Of a stretch of DNA of 64,000 nt, positions 9,588-19,544 are shown piece after piece. The DNA lies in the IMG/VR virus record IMGVR_UViG_3300028553_000005, positions 1 to 64,000 of that record. One strand, written 5' to 3'. The position numbers and the translations under genes are program-made. The notes below the pieces were generated by a model. The model was not told where the DNA came from. It ran no database searches and was given only the letters and a program-made list of their open reading frames with translations. The DNA comes from an uncultured virus (IMG/VR IMGVR_UViG_3300028553_000005). Lineage: Duplodnaviria > Heunggongvirae > Uroviricota > Caudoviricetes. How positions within the stretch are numbered: position 1 is the first letter of the stretch; each line of letters opens with the position of its first letter.

Positions 9588-9595
9588 TATTTATA
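9588..9595 (-). promoter_or_regulatory. T4-type late promoter TATAAATA
   Basis: Exact consensus upstream of the internal-protein cluster. Confidence 0.75.
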
Positions 9596-9667
9596 CAACA
9601 TTTGACCTCCCATGGCCAAACCATAGAAAGATTGGGTTTGATACATAGTCATCAAAAATGTTGGATT

Positions 9668-10372
9668 TTACTGCCAGGAAGTACCTTCAAAATCACCCCA
9701 ATACGTTTTTAATTCTCCTTTACCCCTCAAGACATTGAATGGTAAGGTGTGTATTAAACCTCGACTGGAATAATAGTATATCAGTTTTTGTGGTGGTTTG
9801 TCAAGCGCCGATGCAAAAACGGCAGAACCCGTTTCGGCACCAATGAATATCTCGGACTCCATAATGTGGTAAATATTAGTCATAAAATCTGTACTATATT
9901 TCCAACCATCATAGGTTTGAGGTAATTCATTTTGAATGCATATCAACTTTTCATATTCAGCATACTCTGGTTTGTTATATTCATTGAGTATGTTTTCAAA
10001 TACTTGTTTTGGCCAATTTCTATATGTGTTATATGGAGCATCAAACAATGGAAAAACAACTATTTTTTTCCTCATTGTTTTGGTATTTTTAATTTCAGCA
10101 ATATCACCAGATATATCTCTAAAGTCCCAAAGATTTACTCTTTTCCATGGTAAAATATGTTGGCCAGGTTCCACAGAAAAATAATCCGTGTTATCACAAA
10201 GAAAACTAAACATATCTTGGCAATACTTAGCTGAGTTGATAGTACCACTCATCATATGAAACTTTGCTTCTGGATTTTCTTTTCGAATATATTCTAGTGC
10301 ATTAAGGAGTGCTATCATGTCACCATTTCTCAAAGGCCCACCAAAAGTATTTGGTGCAATATTAATGACCAT
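9668..10372 (-). CDS. Glycosyltransferase-like protein (GT-B-like)
   Basis: RNGDMIA, YRNWP and IFIGAETG resemble GT9-type motifs; last gene of the glycosylation cluster. Confidence 0.5.
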   Translation of the reverse strand: MVINIAPNTFGGPLRNGDMIALLNALEYIRKENPEAKFHMMSGTINSAKYCQDMFSFLCDNTDYFSVEPGQHILPWKRVNLWDFRDISGDIAEIKNTKTMRKKIVVFPLFDAPYNTYRNWPKQVFENILNEYNKPEYAEYEKLICIQNELPQTYDGWKYSTDFMTNIYHIMESEIFIGAETGSAVFASALDKPPQKLIYYYSSRGLIHTLPFNVLRGKGELKTYWGDFEGTSWQ

Positions 10373-11114
10373 TTAATATTTCTTCCAATTTGTTTTGGTG
10401 TACCAGTTTCATTTTTCTATTCAAGTAATAATGCTTTTCGAAAATTGTATTAATATTTTTTCCATTGTCCCAAGAAATGTCATCACCATTTCTAAACTGT
10501 ATGTCCCAATCTTCTGCTTTCCAAACCACGTAACCATCTTTATTCAATAAATCGGTCAATACAGAAACTCCCGACAGACTTGTAATGATTGGTTTGGTAC
10601 TATTTTTGATGATATAAGCATTCGTTAATAGGTCATTATTATAATCAATGAATTCACAATCTTTCAAATGACTTAATGTGTGTGTAGCTCTACGGTCATC
10701 AATGTCACCTACAGACCAACGGTCACCAACATAATAAGTATCTTTTACAGCAATATCACACTCTGGTGTTTTTACTGTGAAATCATCATCGACTTCAAAA
10801 TTTAAATTGTAATTGTCCTTCATGAAATTTTCATATCGACAAGTTTCTATTGGTCGATTAGGATTACCTTTATCTTCACGAATTGGCCAACTACTCATGT
10901 GAGTAATATTACCATACACAAAAACTTCATTTGCAAAGTTAACATCAGAAAATATATCTTGATAAGATAAGAATTGCTTGATGCCTTTAAACTTGGACAT
11001 TTCTGGTCGTATAATTAAATCAATCTTTCCGTATGATTTATTGATACCAGATAATACTGGCATGCCATTTAGAAAGTCACCTAAGTTAGATGTTCCTGAT
11101 AGAAATATTTTCAT
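10362..11114 (-). CDS. Glycosyltransferase-like protein (GT9-like N-terminus)
   Basis: N-terminal NLGDFLNGMPVL resembles the heptosyltransferase LGD motif. Confidence 0.5.
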   Translation of the reverse strand: MKIFLSGTSNLGDFLNGMPVLSGINKSYGKIDLIIRPEMSKFKGIKQFLSYQDIFSDVNFANEVFVYGNITHMSSWPIREDKGNPNRPIETCRYENFMKDNYNLNFEVDDDFTVKTPECDIAVKDTYYVGDRWSVGDIDDRRATHTLSHLKDCEFIDYNNDLLTNAYIIKNSTKPIITSLSGVSVLTDLLNKDGYVVWKAEDWDIQFRNGDDISWDNGKNINTIFEKHYYLNRKMKLVHQNKLEEILNGH

Positions 11115-11899
11115 TCACTAAATTCCTTAAAAACGATGAACCAATCTGTATTAGAAACAGGATGTAATTCAAACAATTCCGGTTTCATCAGATAAGACAT
11201 CAACAATAATGTTTGGTCGTCATCAATTAAATTATTTTTTATAAGTTCATTAATACTATGGTGCACCATGGCTTCCAATTTTGGCCACATTTCTCGGCCT
11301 GCGACGATACAAGGACCAGTAATGTGTACGTCATTATTGGCAATAACGTCTTGGATGTATGTTCCTTCTGTCCATTCTTTAATGTTAAAGAAATGTATTT
11401 TATTCTTATCAAAAGAATATTTCCAGTTTTTAACACCATTCAATGTTGATTCACTTCTACAATAACCAAAATCTAGCCAAGCAATTAAATCGGTTTTGAT
11501 AAGATCCAAAGACCTACTAACAAAAGACGATTTTAAAGCATTAACGAGAACGTAGTCAGCATTCCAATATTCTGGATTTTTTACTTGCATGGGATTTATT
11601 TTACTTTGATATTCAATATTTTTTTGAACACTGGTAATTTCTTCTCTCAATTTTTTAAAGTTTTTTTGAAAATCAAGAGTTAATATTTGTGTTGGTCTAT
11701 CTTGCCTTAGATATTCTATTTCTTTTACCATATCTTTAGATGTGTATACGACCATGGGATTTTCTAATTTTGCTAGATGACTAAATCTTTGCAAATAAGT
11801 TTTGGTTGTTCGTTGTAAATAATGTGGCAATCCTTTGTCTGGCGTCCAATCACCACGACCAATATCAAAGAAAGCAGTTACGATTGTGATATCATTCAT
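11111..11899 (-). CDS. HtrL/YibB (WlaTC) family protein
   Basis: TIVTAFFDIGRGDW, AWLDFGY and DDDQTLL motifs. Confidence 0.8.
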   Translation of the reverse strand: MNDITIVTAFFDIGRGDWTPDKGLPHYLQRTTKTYLQRFSHLAKLENPMVVYTSKDMVKEIEYLRQDRPTQILTLDFQKNFKKLREEITSVQKNIEYQSKINPMQVKNPEYWNADYVLVNALKSSFVSRSLDLIKTDLIAWLDFGYCRSESTLNGVKNWKYSFDKNKIHFFNIKEWTEGTYIQDVIANNDVHITGPCIVAGREMWPKLEAMVHHSINELIKNNLIDDDQTLLLMSYLMKPELFELHPVSNTDWFIVFKEFSE

Positions 11900-12519
11900 T
11901 TTTTAGCAATAATAGTTAAAATATTTGGAAGATTCGATACAGGTTTACGAATTTCATCTTCATGGTTGCATATATGTATTGGTGTGAATCCTGATTTTTG
12001 CATCAACTTAATCAATCCATGAACATCAAAATGATGGAAATGTTCATTTTCTTTTCTGTGTTTCCATGTTTTAAACCATTCAGGTCCCATTACTTCATGC
12101 ATCCAAGGTAATGATATCATAATATATTTGGTTTGTAAAGAGGCCAGCAACTCATGGACGTTTGGTTGTGGTATATGTTCGATTGAATCGAAAAAGGTAA
12201 TGGCATCAAATTGCTGTTTGGTTACATCTGGTACAAATTCAACACCTTGTGGTAATGGGAAATTGGATATATCATGGCCGTAACACTTCGACACATTCTG
12301 GTGTTTACAATATTCTAAAAACTTACCATCACCATAACCAAAATCACAAATAGAATCAAAGTCTGTATATCGATCCAATAAATCAAATCTTAATTTTGAC
12401 ATAGCAAGATTCATTTTTGTATAATACTCCATGTATCGAGTATCGTACTTCATAATCTCACCAGTTTGTTTCTTTTGAAACCAATGACCAGGTTCAATCA
12501 TTTCATAATTATCAATCAT
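11896..12519 (-). CDS. Class I SAM-dependent methyltransferase
   Basis: ICDFGYGDG and FFDSIEH; paralog of the adjacent gene; start set to MIDNYE. Confidence 0.8.
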   Translation of the reverse strand: MIDNYEMIEPGHWFQKKQTGEIMKYDTRYMEYYTKMNLAMSKLRFDLLDRYTDFDSICDFGYGDGKFLEYCKHQNVSKCYGHDISNFPLPQGVEFVPDVTKQQFDAITFFDSIEHIPQPNVHELLASLQTKYIMISLPWMHEVMGPEWFKTWKHRKENEHFHHFDVHGLIKLMQKSGFTPIHICNHEDEIRKPVSNLPNILTIIAKK

Positions 12520-13147
12520 TCTTTTTTGCCACAATCGTTAAAATATTTGGTAAGTCACTAAAAGGAGTTCTAATTTTATCTTCATCGTTACACACATGAA
12601 TTATCTTACAACCAGCATCAACTAATAATTTTGTCAGTCCATTACAATCAAAATGGTGGAAGTGTTCATTCTCTCTACGGTGTTTCCAATTCATAAACCA
12701 TTCTTTTCCACATGATTCGTGATACCAAGGAACAGAAATAACAAAATATTTTGTTTTCTTTGCTTTGAGAATTGGTGTCAAATCTTCCACATCTAAATGT
12801 TCTAGTGAGTCGAAAAAAGTCATTACATCAACTTCAACATTGTCTGGATTATCTACCTTAGTAACGTAAGATGGTAATTGATAGTTAGATATATCGTAAC
12901 CAAAAGTTTTGCGTCCTTCTATGTGGCAATATTTTAAAAAACTTCCGTTACCATAACCAAAGTCACAAATTGAATTGACACGGCCAATATTTGATTCAAT
13001 TATAGAATATCTCAACTGCGACATTTTATCCGTTGTCGGATATAAATCATATCTTGTTTTGGAATATGTTTCACTATAATCGGGGCCAGGACCAGTTCTA
13101 ATTTGAAACAGATGGCCTGGAGATACTACCTTATAATTTTCATACAT
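12512..13147 (-). CDS. Class I SAM-dependent methyltransferase
   Basis: ICDFGYGNG, FFDSLEH and WKHRRENEHFHHF. Confidence 0.8.
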   Translation of the reverse strand: MYENYKVVSPGHLFQIRTGPGPDYSETYSKTRYDLYPTTDKMSQLRYSIIESNIGRVNSICDFGYGNGSFLKYCHIEGRKTFGYDISNYQLPSYVTKVDNPDNVEVDVMTFFDSLEHLDVEDLTPILKAKKTKYFVISVPWYHESCGKEWFMNWKHRRENEHFHHFDCNGLTKLLVDAGCKIIHVCNDEDKIRTPFSDLPNILTIVAKKND

Positions 13148-13862
13148 AATAATTCTTATAGTTGTGAACTATTTCCATTTCAGATGGCACATTATTAATA
13201 TCATAATTTTTATCTGTTGGCCAAATGTTGAACAAGTGAGGATTGTTCGTATATTTTTTACCACACAACAAATAGTAGTATGTCATATAACAATCCATCC
13301 AACCCATCGTAGGATAGAAGTTATCTTGTATGTAGTCAGCATTTTTATCAATAAATTCTACAATGCCAAAGTAATTGTCTATAAATGTTTTTACTTTGAA
13401 TATCGAACCACCACCAGCACCATAACCTTGAACATCAGGATAAACTCCAGAATATTCGTGTATCATCTTTGTAAATTCTGGATGAAATAGATTTGCATGA
13501 GTTGTTGCATGACCAGATACCTCCCAATCATCCTCAACCGTTACTGGTTTAATCAATACCACATCATCTTCAACCATCATCAAATGTGTTGTGTTGGTTT
13601 TAATACAAGCGATATAGAATCTACTCAACCATTCCAATATTTTTTCTTTTCTGTAACCATATGGTTGAACCGGATAACTTAAACTTTTCTGTGAATGATA
13701 ATATTCGATATTATACTCTTTACATAATGTATAATAATCTGGACCTGCATCACAAGCAATCATAAAGAAACTATCTGGATGAAACTTTCGTATTGATTGT
13801 ATAGAATGTTCTGTAGCTTTTGGTTGTGTTGAAACACAGTTAAAGAAACCTATTGTCGCCAT
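13140..13862 (-). CDS. Glycosyltransferase (GT-A-like)
   Basis: MVEDDV DxD-like motif; cluster context. Confidence 0.55.
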   Translation of the reverse strand: MATIGFFNCVSTQPKATEHSIQSIRKFHPDSFFMIACDAGPDYYTLCKEYNIEYYHSQKSLSYPVQPYGYRKEKILEWLSRFYIACIKTNTTHLMMVEDDVVLIKPVTVEDDWEVSGHATTHANLFHPEFTKMIHEYSGVYPDVQGYGAGGGSIFKVKTFIDNYFGIVEFIDKNADYIQDNFYPTMGWMDCYMTYYYLLCGKKYTNNPHLFNIWPTDKNYDINNVPSEMEIVHNYKNYYV

Positions 13863-14863
13863 TACATCAACCTATCTTTCCATGTTGCTGGAGTTTTATC
13901 TGAGATAATTTCCAATGGATAAGAATAATCGAATTGTTTTGTTCCTTTTTGTTTGATATAGTCCACGGTTTTTTTGATTGACGTTTTCAAATCCGTCTTT
14001 GTTTCATAATTCAATAAGCGTCTTGCTTTATCAGCAGAACAAGATGCGTGTTTGACTTCTCTTGGCCGATCTGGCATATGTATTGGTTCTCCTTCAAATC
14101 CACATTCTTCAGCAACCATTTTTGACATTTCTTTTACTGTAATTGTTCCTTCATCGGGACCAATATTGATAATTTGATGTGTCAAGTTAGGATCAAGTGC
14201 CATTTTCTCTAAACAAGAAATGCAATCATCAATATAAGAAAAACATCTTGTTTGTAAACCATCTCCGTAAATAATAGATGGTTTACCTTGTAGATTTCTA
14301 TTAATCATAATACTCATTACATTACGGAAAGGATCATCATATCTCTGCCTTGGTCCCACAATGTTGTGAGGTACAGCAATGTTCCATTGCATGTTATGTG
14401 TTTCACCTAGAGCTTTTAAAACTTCTTCACCAGCAACTTTGGCAATACCATATGGATCAACTGGTCTTGGTTTCATATCTTCAGTAAACGGAGTATTTTG
14501 GTCACCGTATCGTGCCATTGAAGTGCAGTATACGAATCGTTTTACTTTATTTTGAATTGCCGCAGAGATTGTAGCTACAGAAGCTTCAAATATATTTCGA
14601 GTAATAAAACTTGGACTAAAAACTGAAAGACCTTCATGTGCTGTGGCAGCTGTGTGTATTACAATATCACAACCTTTCATAATCTGTGCCATCTCATCAA
14701 CCTTACAACAATCGACCACATATAGCTTTGCTTTGATTGGTACATTGTCAACATAACCACCAATGAGTGTATCATTACCAATAACTTCATGGCCAAGTTC
14801 TATCATTCTGTCGGCCAAATGGCTGCCCAAGAATCCTGCTAATCCTGTTATAAAAATTTTCAT
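13862..14863 (-). CDS. NAD-dependent nucleotide-sugar epimerase/dehydratase
   Basis: GLAGFLG Rossmann motif, YGIAK (YxxxK) and GDGLQTRCF; start set to MKIFITG. Confidence 0.9.
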   Translation of the reverse strand: MKIFITGLAGFLGSHLADRMIELGHEVIGNDTLIGGYVDNVPIKAKLYVVDCCKVDEMAQIMKGCDIVIHTAATAHEGLSVFSPSFITRNIFEASVATISAAIQNKVKRFVYCTSMARYGDQNTPFTEDMKPRPVDPYGIAKVAGEEVLKALGETHNMQWNIAVPHNIVGPRQRYDDPFRNVMSIMINRNLQGKPSIIYGDGLQTRCFSYIDDCISCLEKMALDPNLTHQIINIGPDEGTITVKEMSKMVAEECGFEGEPIHMPDRPREVKHASCSADKARRLLNYETKTDLKTSIKKTVDYIKQKGTKQFDYSYPLEIISDKTPATWKDRLM

Positions 14864-15711
14864 TTGTATCTCGCCTCGATAATTTTTCTCCATTCAGGAA
14901 CCCGGTCGTATTGGTGAACAATACAAAACTTTTTTCCTGTGGATGTATAAACATAACCATCAATAAAATCTGGTTCTTCTTCTAGTAAATGTGGTCTAAA
15001 AGATTCTATTTTAGATGGATCAACTGTTGTGCCTGCTTGACAAGCCCAACCATCTCGTTGTCTTGCAAAATGAATAACATCTCTAAATGGCAAGGTCTGT
15101 ATCAGTACATTAAATACAGCTTGGTCAACAATTGGTATTGGACGATTAATAGCAGACAAGAATATATTTAAACACAAATCTTTCATATATTCAGATTCAC
15201 CACCTAGTGTTCCTACATTATAGATTTCACAATCTTTAAATTGGTCGTAAAAATATTGGCCATAAGTTTCTAGTAGATTTTGATTACCCCAAGGCTCATG
15301 CATGTATTGAATGGCCTCTGAACCAGCAACCAATTTCTTGTCGTTTAAATTATCTTTTAACCAATCCACTGGATTACTTTGAAAGATAATGTCTTTAACA
15401 TCTGTTGTAATAACATAGTCATAGAATTCCCAATTATCTTTTAAAATGTTATAAATGTGAAAGAATCTTTCTACATGAATTGGTAGATGTGATTGGTGTA
15501 CAAATCTTTTGTTTTCTTTATCTTCTTGGCCAACCACAACAACTTTGAAATCGTGTTGAACAAGTTTTTCAACTGTTTCTAATGTCGAATTAAAAACAAC
15601 CATTATCTTATCACCAACAAAACCAGTTTCATTAATTGATTTTACCCAAGGTGCAACCTTATCGAAATCATAGTTGGTTATAGCACCAATTATTAAGCTT
15701 TTTTCCGCCAT
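14860..15711 (-). CDS. Glycosyltransferase-like protein (GT-A)
   Basis: ERFFH, TDVKD, DQAVFN and VHQYDR motifs. Confidence 0.6.
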   Translation of the reverse strand: MAEKSLIIGAITNYDFDKVAPWVKSINETGFVGDKIMVVFNSTLETVEKLVQHDFKVVVVGQEDKENKRFVHQSHLPIHVERFFHIYNILKDNWEFYDYVITTDVKDIIFQSNPVDWLKDNLNDKKLVAGSEAIQYMHEPWGNQNLLETYGQYFYDQFKDCEIYNVGTLGGESEYMKDLCLNIFLSAINRPIPIVDQAVFNVLIQTLPFRDVIHFARQRDGWACQAGTTVDPSKIESFRPHLLEEEPDFIDGYVYTSTGKKFCIVHQYDRVPEWRKIIEARYK

Positions 15712-16406
15712 GGGTATTCTCCATTATATTTTTCATTCATTACTTTATTACCATTTTCAAAGAATTCTGCTGTAACAGAACCTTTACCACCATCTACTCT
15801 ATAACAGGTTGTATATTCACTTGTGCAATAGAATTTGGGAAAGTGTTTTGTGATTGCTTGTAGAAATACTCTATCTTGACCCCAACCACCATGCCAAACA
15901 CTTGCAATTTTATTTGCTACTTCCGTTTTAATGAAGTAACAATTAGTATCTATGTGATGAACTCCGTGGTATGTTGGCCAAATACCTAACGATTCACAGT
16001 CATCAAAACAAACAAACTTACCTTGTTTGTTATACACTTGGCGTAAAGAATAACACCAATCTAAACTTCTTGTGTTAATTGTTTTGATACAGTTTTCTAC
16101 ATGTGACCGATATAACCAATTATCTTGGTCAAGATAAGCAATGTACTCTGTATTGACTAGATGAGTGAAAGCGGCATAGACACGGTGGCCATAAAATCCT
16201 TTGGCACCTACATTGATTGGTAAAGCACAGATATGAACTCGTGTGTCATCAACAGCTGAACCCAACGCCTCCAGTGTTTTGTCCATATATTGGTCACCAT
16301 CAATGACAACATAACAATCAGTAGGATGGCTTTGATTTAAAACAGATTCAACGGCAGTTTTGACCTCTGGTGATCCAGTGGTTGGTATAATCACAGTAGC
16401 AGACAT
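15693..16406 (-). CDS. Glycosyltransferase family 2
   Basis: TVIIPT...AVESVLNQ...VVIDG and YLDQDN. Confidence 0.85.
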   Translation of the reverse strand: MSATVIIPTTGSPEVKTAVESVLNQSHPTDCYVVIDGDQYMDKTLEALGSAVDDTRVHICALPINVGAKGFYGHRVYAAFTHLVNTEYIAYLDQDNWLYRSHVENCIKTINTRSLDWCYSLRQVYNKQGKFVCFDDCESLGIWPTYHGVHHIDTNCYFIKTEVANKIASVWHGGWGQDRVFLQAITKHFPKFYCTSEYTTCYRVDGGKGSVTAEFFENGNKVMNEKYNGEYPWRKKA

Positions 16407-16409
16407 AAT

Positions 16410-16691
16410 TTAATCTCTTGTTAGTTTCAGTATTCTCTCTATTTGTTTCTCTATAATTGGTTTACGATTCGGCCAATATATGTATTCTTTATCTCCGGTT
16501 GAATGTAATTTTTTAAGGAAAGGAATAATCATTTTCTCAACTTCATTCAATCTTAATTTATAGTCATCAGCGGTCTCTGCTGTTTTGTTTATAACTGAAT
16601 TATATTCTTCTTCAGAAACGGCAGAAAAACCAAAATCATCATCATCGTCAGTATATTCTTGTAATACTTTATCGAAATCAACTAAAGCCAT
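16410..16691 (-). CDS. Hypothetical protein
   Basis: 93 aa ORF in operon with DFGFSAV and YIYWPNR motifs. Confidence 0.6.
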   Translation of the reverse strand: MALVDFDKVLQEYTDDDDDFGFSAVSEEEYNSVINKTAETADDYKLRLNEVEKMIIPFLKKLHSTGDKEYIYWPNRKPIIEKQIERILKLTRD

Positions 16692-16699
16692 ATTATCAC

Positions 16700-17167
16700 C
16701 TAATTGTTAATCACATCTTTTATATCTTGTAGTAAATTATATAGTTCGAACAAGGCAACGATAGAATTGTAATTTTGATGAAAGAACTTTATTACTTCGG
16801 TTTTTTCATATTGTCTATTTCTTTTGGTAGCAGGTTCTTTTGCACTCAATATTCTTTTGTTACTATCTTCAGTTACTATCTCTAAAACTTTTGTTGCTGT
16901 AGCGCTTACACTTTCTATTTTACCAACCGGTGTAACACTTCTAATATAGTTTTTATATCTAATTGTTACTGATATTTTATTTAAGAATTGTGTTGGTATG
17001 GTATTTAATTTTTGTTTGACACCATTAACTCGTTGATTAATAGCAATCAATCTTCCATCATTTAGAAAATGTTTTTTATTTGTTTTGTATCTTTCTATAA
17101 GGTCAAGTGCTTGGTCGAAACCTTTTTGGCCTTGAAAGATTGCGTTTTCTATATCGTCTAGGGTCAT
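16700..17167 (-). CDS. Hypothetical protein, possibly a reduced DUF6267-like homolog
   Basis: 155 aa; C-terminal KEPATKRNRQ resembles KTPVGQVRKQ in the 8386-9531 protein. Confidence 0.45.
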   Translation of the reverse strand: MTLDDIENAIFQGQKGFDQALDLIERYKTNKKHFLNDGRLIAINQRVNGVKQKLNTIPTQFLNKISVTIRYKNYIRSVTPVGKIESVSATATKVLEIVTEDSNKRILSAKEPATKRNRQYEKTEVIKFFHQNYNSIVALFELYNLLQDIKDVINN

Positions 17168-17168
17168 T

Positions 17169-18431
17169 TTATTTTGCTATAACATATTTTGATGAATTTG
17201 TAGAACGAGCAGTTGCGTAGGTGTAAACATTACGAATGAAAAGGTCTGCATTTTGTTTGTCCTTATTTAGCCAACTAATCAAAACAGGATTTACTTCGTT
17301 TGTAACTTTTGCACTGGCTTTTTCTCTTTTTTCATCATATTGATCTCTATCTTTTTCTTTTAGTTCTTTATCAAGAATTACTTTATAGTCTTTAAAAATT
17401 CTGTTTGCATCTTGATATACTTTATACCATTTTTTTCCAAAAGATAAATCTATTGTGCACAATAGATCAGCTATAGGTCCAGCAGATAAACTGCCCTCAA
17501 AAGCACCTGCACCTGAAAGTTTTACAACACCTTTGTAACCTTCTGTTGAGGGGTCGTGGCGCATTTGTAATTCCATGCTTTTATCTTTTGACATATAAAC
17601 TAATAGTGTTCTTGTATATTTTTTTATATCAGTATTTTCATCATATTTTTTCCAATTACTAATACCACCATATTCCAACTTATCAATGTCTTTTTGTTCT
17701 TGGGGTCGATTGAAATTAACTTTTAAAATTTTAACTTCATTTGGTTGTTTTTTTAATGATAATGGCAATATATCACCATTTGAAATGTTTTTACTTATAA
17801 ACGCATTTAATTTTGTATAATCTAATTGTTTTTCGGATACTAAATCTGAAATTTGTTTTTTGGCATCATCAGAAGCAAAATAAATATCAGCCGTGGACCA
17901 TTTATTAATGTTATCAAAAGGTCTTGAAATTTTTATAATTTCAGATGCAGGAGCTTTATTTTTATTTTTGTTTTCTATTAATTTTTTTTGATTGTCGTTG
18001 GCTTTTTTATAAAGTTTCGCAATATTTTCCATAACTTCTTTATCACCTTGAGCATAAAAAATATCAGACCAATTTTTCGACTTTATATAATTAAAATTTT
18101 TTGAAATGGTGGAGATGTCTTTCATCAACTGTGCGGCAATGTGTAAAGAAGATCGGTACCACTCTGTTTTTTTACTTTTAGATTTTTCTTGAACTCCATA
18201 CAACAAATCTTCAACTTCTTGTAGTGAAGATTTACCAGATAAAAGTTTCTTTTGAAATGTTTTCTCTATACTAGCGTTTGGGTATTTTTTGTTCCAAAAA
18301 GCCTTAAAATCAAAATAAGATGGATATGCTTTTTCATTAAAGATTTTATCGATGTTGGCCACACCATGAAAATCAGCTAAAGCACAAAATAATGCTTGAG
18401 CAGTTTCTTGAGCATCTTCTTTTTTTGCCAT
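17169..18431 (-). CDS. Hypothetical protein, possible PD-(D/E)XK-like nuclease
   Basis: 420 aa, Lys-rich; QET near N-terminus and NKWSTADIY...LSLKK resemble a restriction-endonuclease-like core; very AT-rich. Confidence 0.45.
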   Translation of the reverse strand: MAKKEDAQETAQALFCALADFHGVANIDKIFNEKAYPSYFDFKAFWNKKYPNASIEKTFQKKLLSGKSSLQEVEDLLYGVQEKSKSKKTEWYRSSLHIAAQLMKDISTISKNFNYIKSKNWSDIFYAQGDKEVMENIAKLYKKANDNQKKLIENKNKNKAPASEIIKISRPFDNINKWSTADIYFASDDAKKQISDLVSEKQLDYTKLNAFISKNISNGDILPLSLKKQPNEVKILKVNFNRPQEQKDIDKLEYGGISNWKKYDENTDIKKYTRTLLVYMSKDKSMELQMRHDPSTEGYKGVVKLSGAGAFEGSLSAGPIADLLCTIDLSFGKKWYKVYQDANRIFKDYKVILDKELKEKDRDQYDEKREKASAKVTNEVNPVLISWLNKDKQNADLFIRNVYTYATARSTNSSKYVIAK

Positions 18432-18434
18432 TTT

Positions 18435-19544
18435 TTACCTAATAATTTGAATGTCTTTACCTGAAGTCCATACTTCAAGTTCTGTTCGTAATCTACCCTC
18501 AGCTTTAAGGGTTTCATATCTATTTATAGCTTTACTCCGCCACCATTCGATTACATTTGATAGTTCATGTTTCTTGTAATTTTCACCAGGTAAAAGTTTG
18601 TCGGTCTTACAATTCATGTAATCAACAGTATTTTTAAATCCATAATCAGAAATATAATATCGTTTCTTTTCTGTCAACTTTTTGGCATTGTCAATCGTTA
18701 AAGAGAAAGCATCTCCTTCAGGTGTTCCTTTTAAAGCAGCTTTGGTGAGAGCAATAATCTTAGTGAATGTTCTGAGTTTTCTACTCGTTGTTGAAGTATC
18801 TCCACCCAATAAATCACCAGTAATATCCTCCACGTATTTTTTCAAATCAGTATATCTTTGGCCGTGCATCATTGGCACAATATCTGATTCTGTTAAGCCT
18901 TTAAAACGAATGTAAGGTTTCATGCCATCATATTGTGAAACCGATTTGGTACTTCCATATAAACTGGTAGTTTCAAACAAGCAGATATTCATATCGTATT
19001 TTTTATTACAGATTTCTCTTACGGTATGACTGGCACAAATGGCAGATAAAAGTTTACCGCCTAGATAATTAAAACCAAATGGTTGAGATGGTACAATTAC
19101 GAAACCCATAACACAAGCCGTATTGAACCGCTTGGCAGTATCTTCATTTTGAATCCAAACTTGTCCTAGGTAGTCATTACGAGGTTTCATATAGATTACT
19201 GGTGAACCCAAACGAATGAATCCTAGAATCTTTCCTGAGTTTCTTTCTTTGACTGCCAATTGAATATTCTTACCAACTGGTGCTTTATTGATGTGTGAAC
19301 TGGTAATGGCAAGTAAAGGTTCCCAAACATCGTTTGGTATTTCACACACTTCAATATCCATATCTTTTGGGTGCATTGTGAAATCGGAGAATAAATCATC
19401 TTCAATTGGAAATAAAGAAGATGGCATATCAGCCACATTCTTCAGTTTCTCATCACGCATGTATTCTTCGGTACTTCCAATGTTACTAAAGTAATCTTTA
19501 AATACACCAGCACAATGAAGTGCCTGATCCCTATTGATCATCAT
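18435..19544 (-). CDS. DUF4338 (DruA/Mom-like GNAT) family protein
   Basis: IVPSQPFGFNYLGGKLL...FETTSLYG...SQYDG...GLT; paralog of 40170-41435. Confidence 0.7.
   Translation of the reverse strand: MMINRDQALHCAGVFKDYFSNIGSTEEYMRDEKLKNVADMPSSLFPIEDDLFSDFTMHPKDMDIEVCEIPNDVWEPLLAITSSHINKAPVGKNIQLAVKERNSGKILGFIRLGSPVIYMKPRNDYLGQVWIQNEDTAKRFNTACVMGFVIVPSQPFGFNYLGGKLLSAICASHTVREICNKKYDMNICLFETTSLYGSTKSVSQYDGMKPYIRFKGLTESDIVPMMHGQRYTDLKKYVEDITGDLLGGDTSTTSRKLRTFTKIIALTKAALKGTPEGDAFSLTIDNAKKLTEKKRYYISDYGFKNTVDYMNCKTDKLLPGENYKKHELSNVIEWWRSKAINRYETLKAEGRLRTELEVWTSGKDIQIIR

Noticed and set aside
9587..9652. 21-aa ORF MTMYQTQSFYGLAMGGQMLYK and nearby short hairpins
   Set aside because: No SD and too short to support without conservation data
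18435..19544. Druantia defence system
   Set aside because: Only DUF4338-like genes are present; no DruE helicase or other Dru genes, and the context is phage replication
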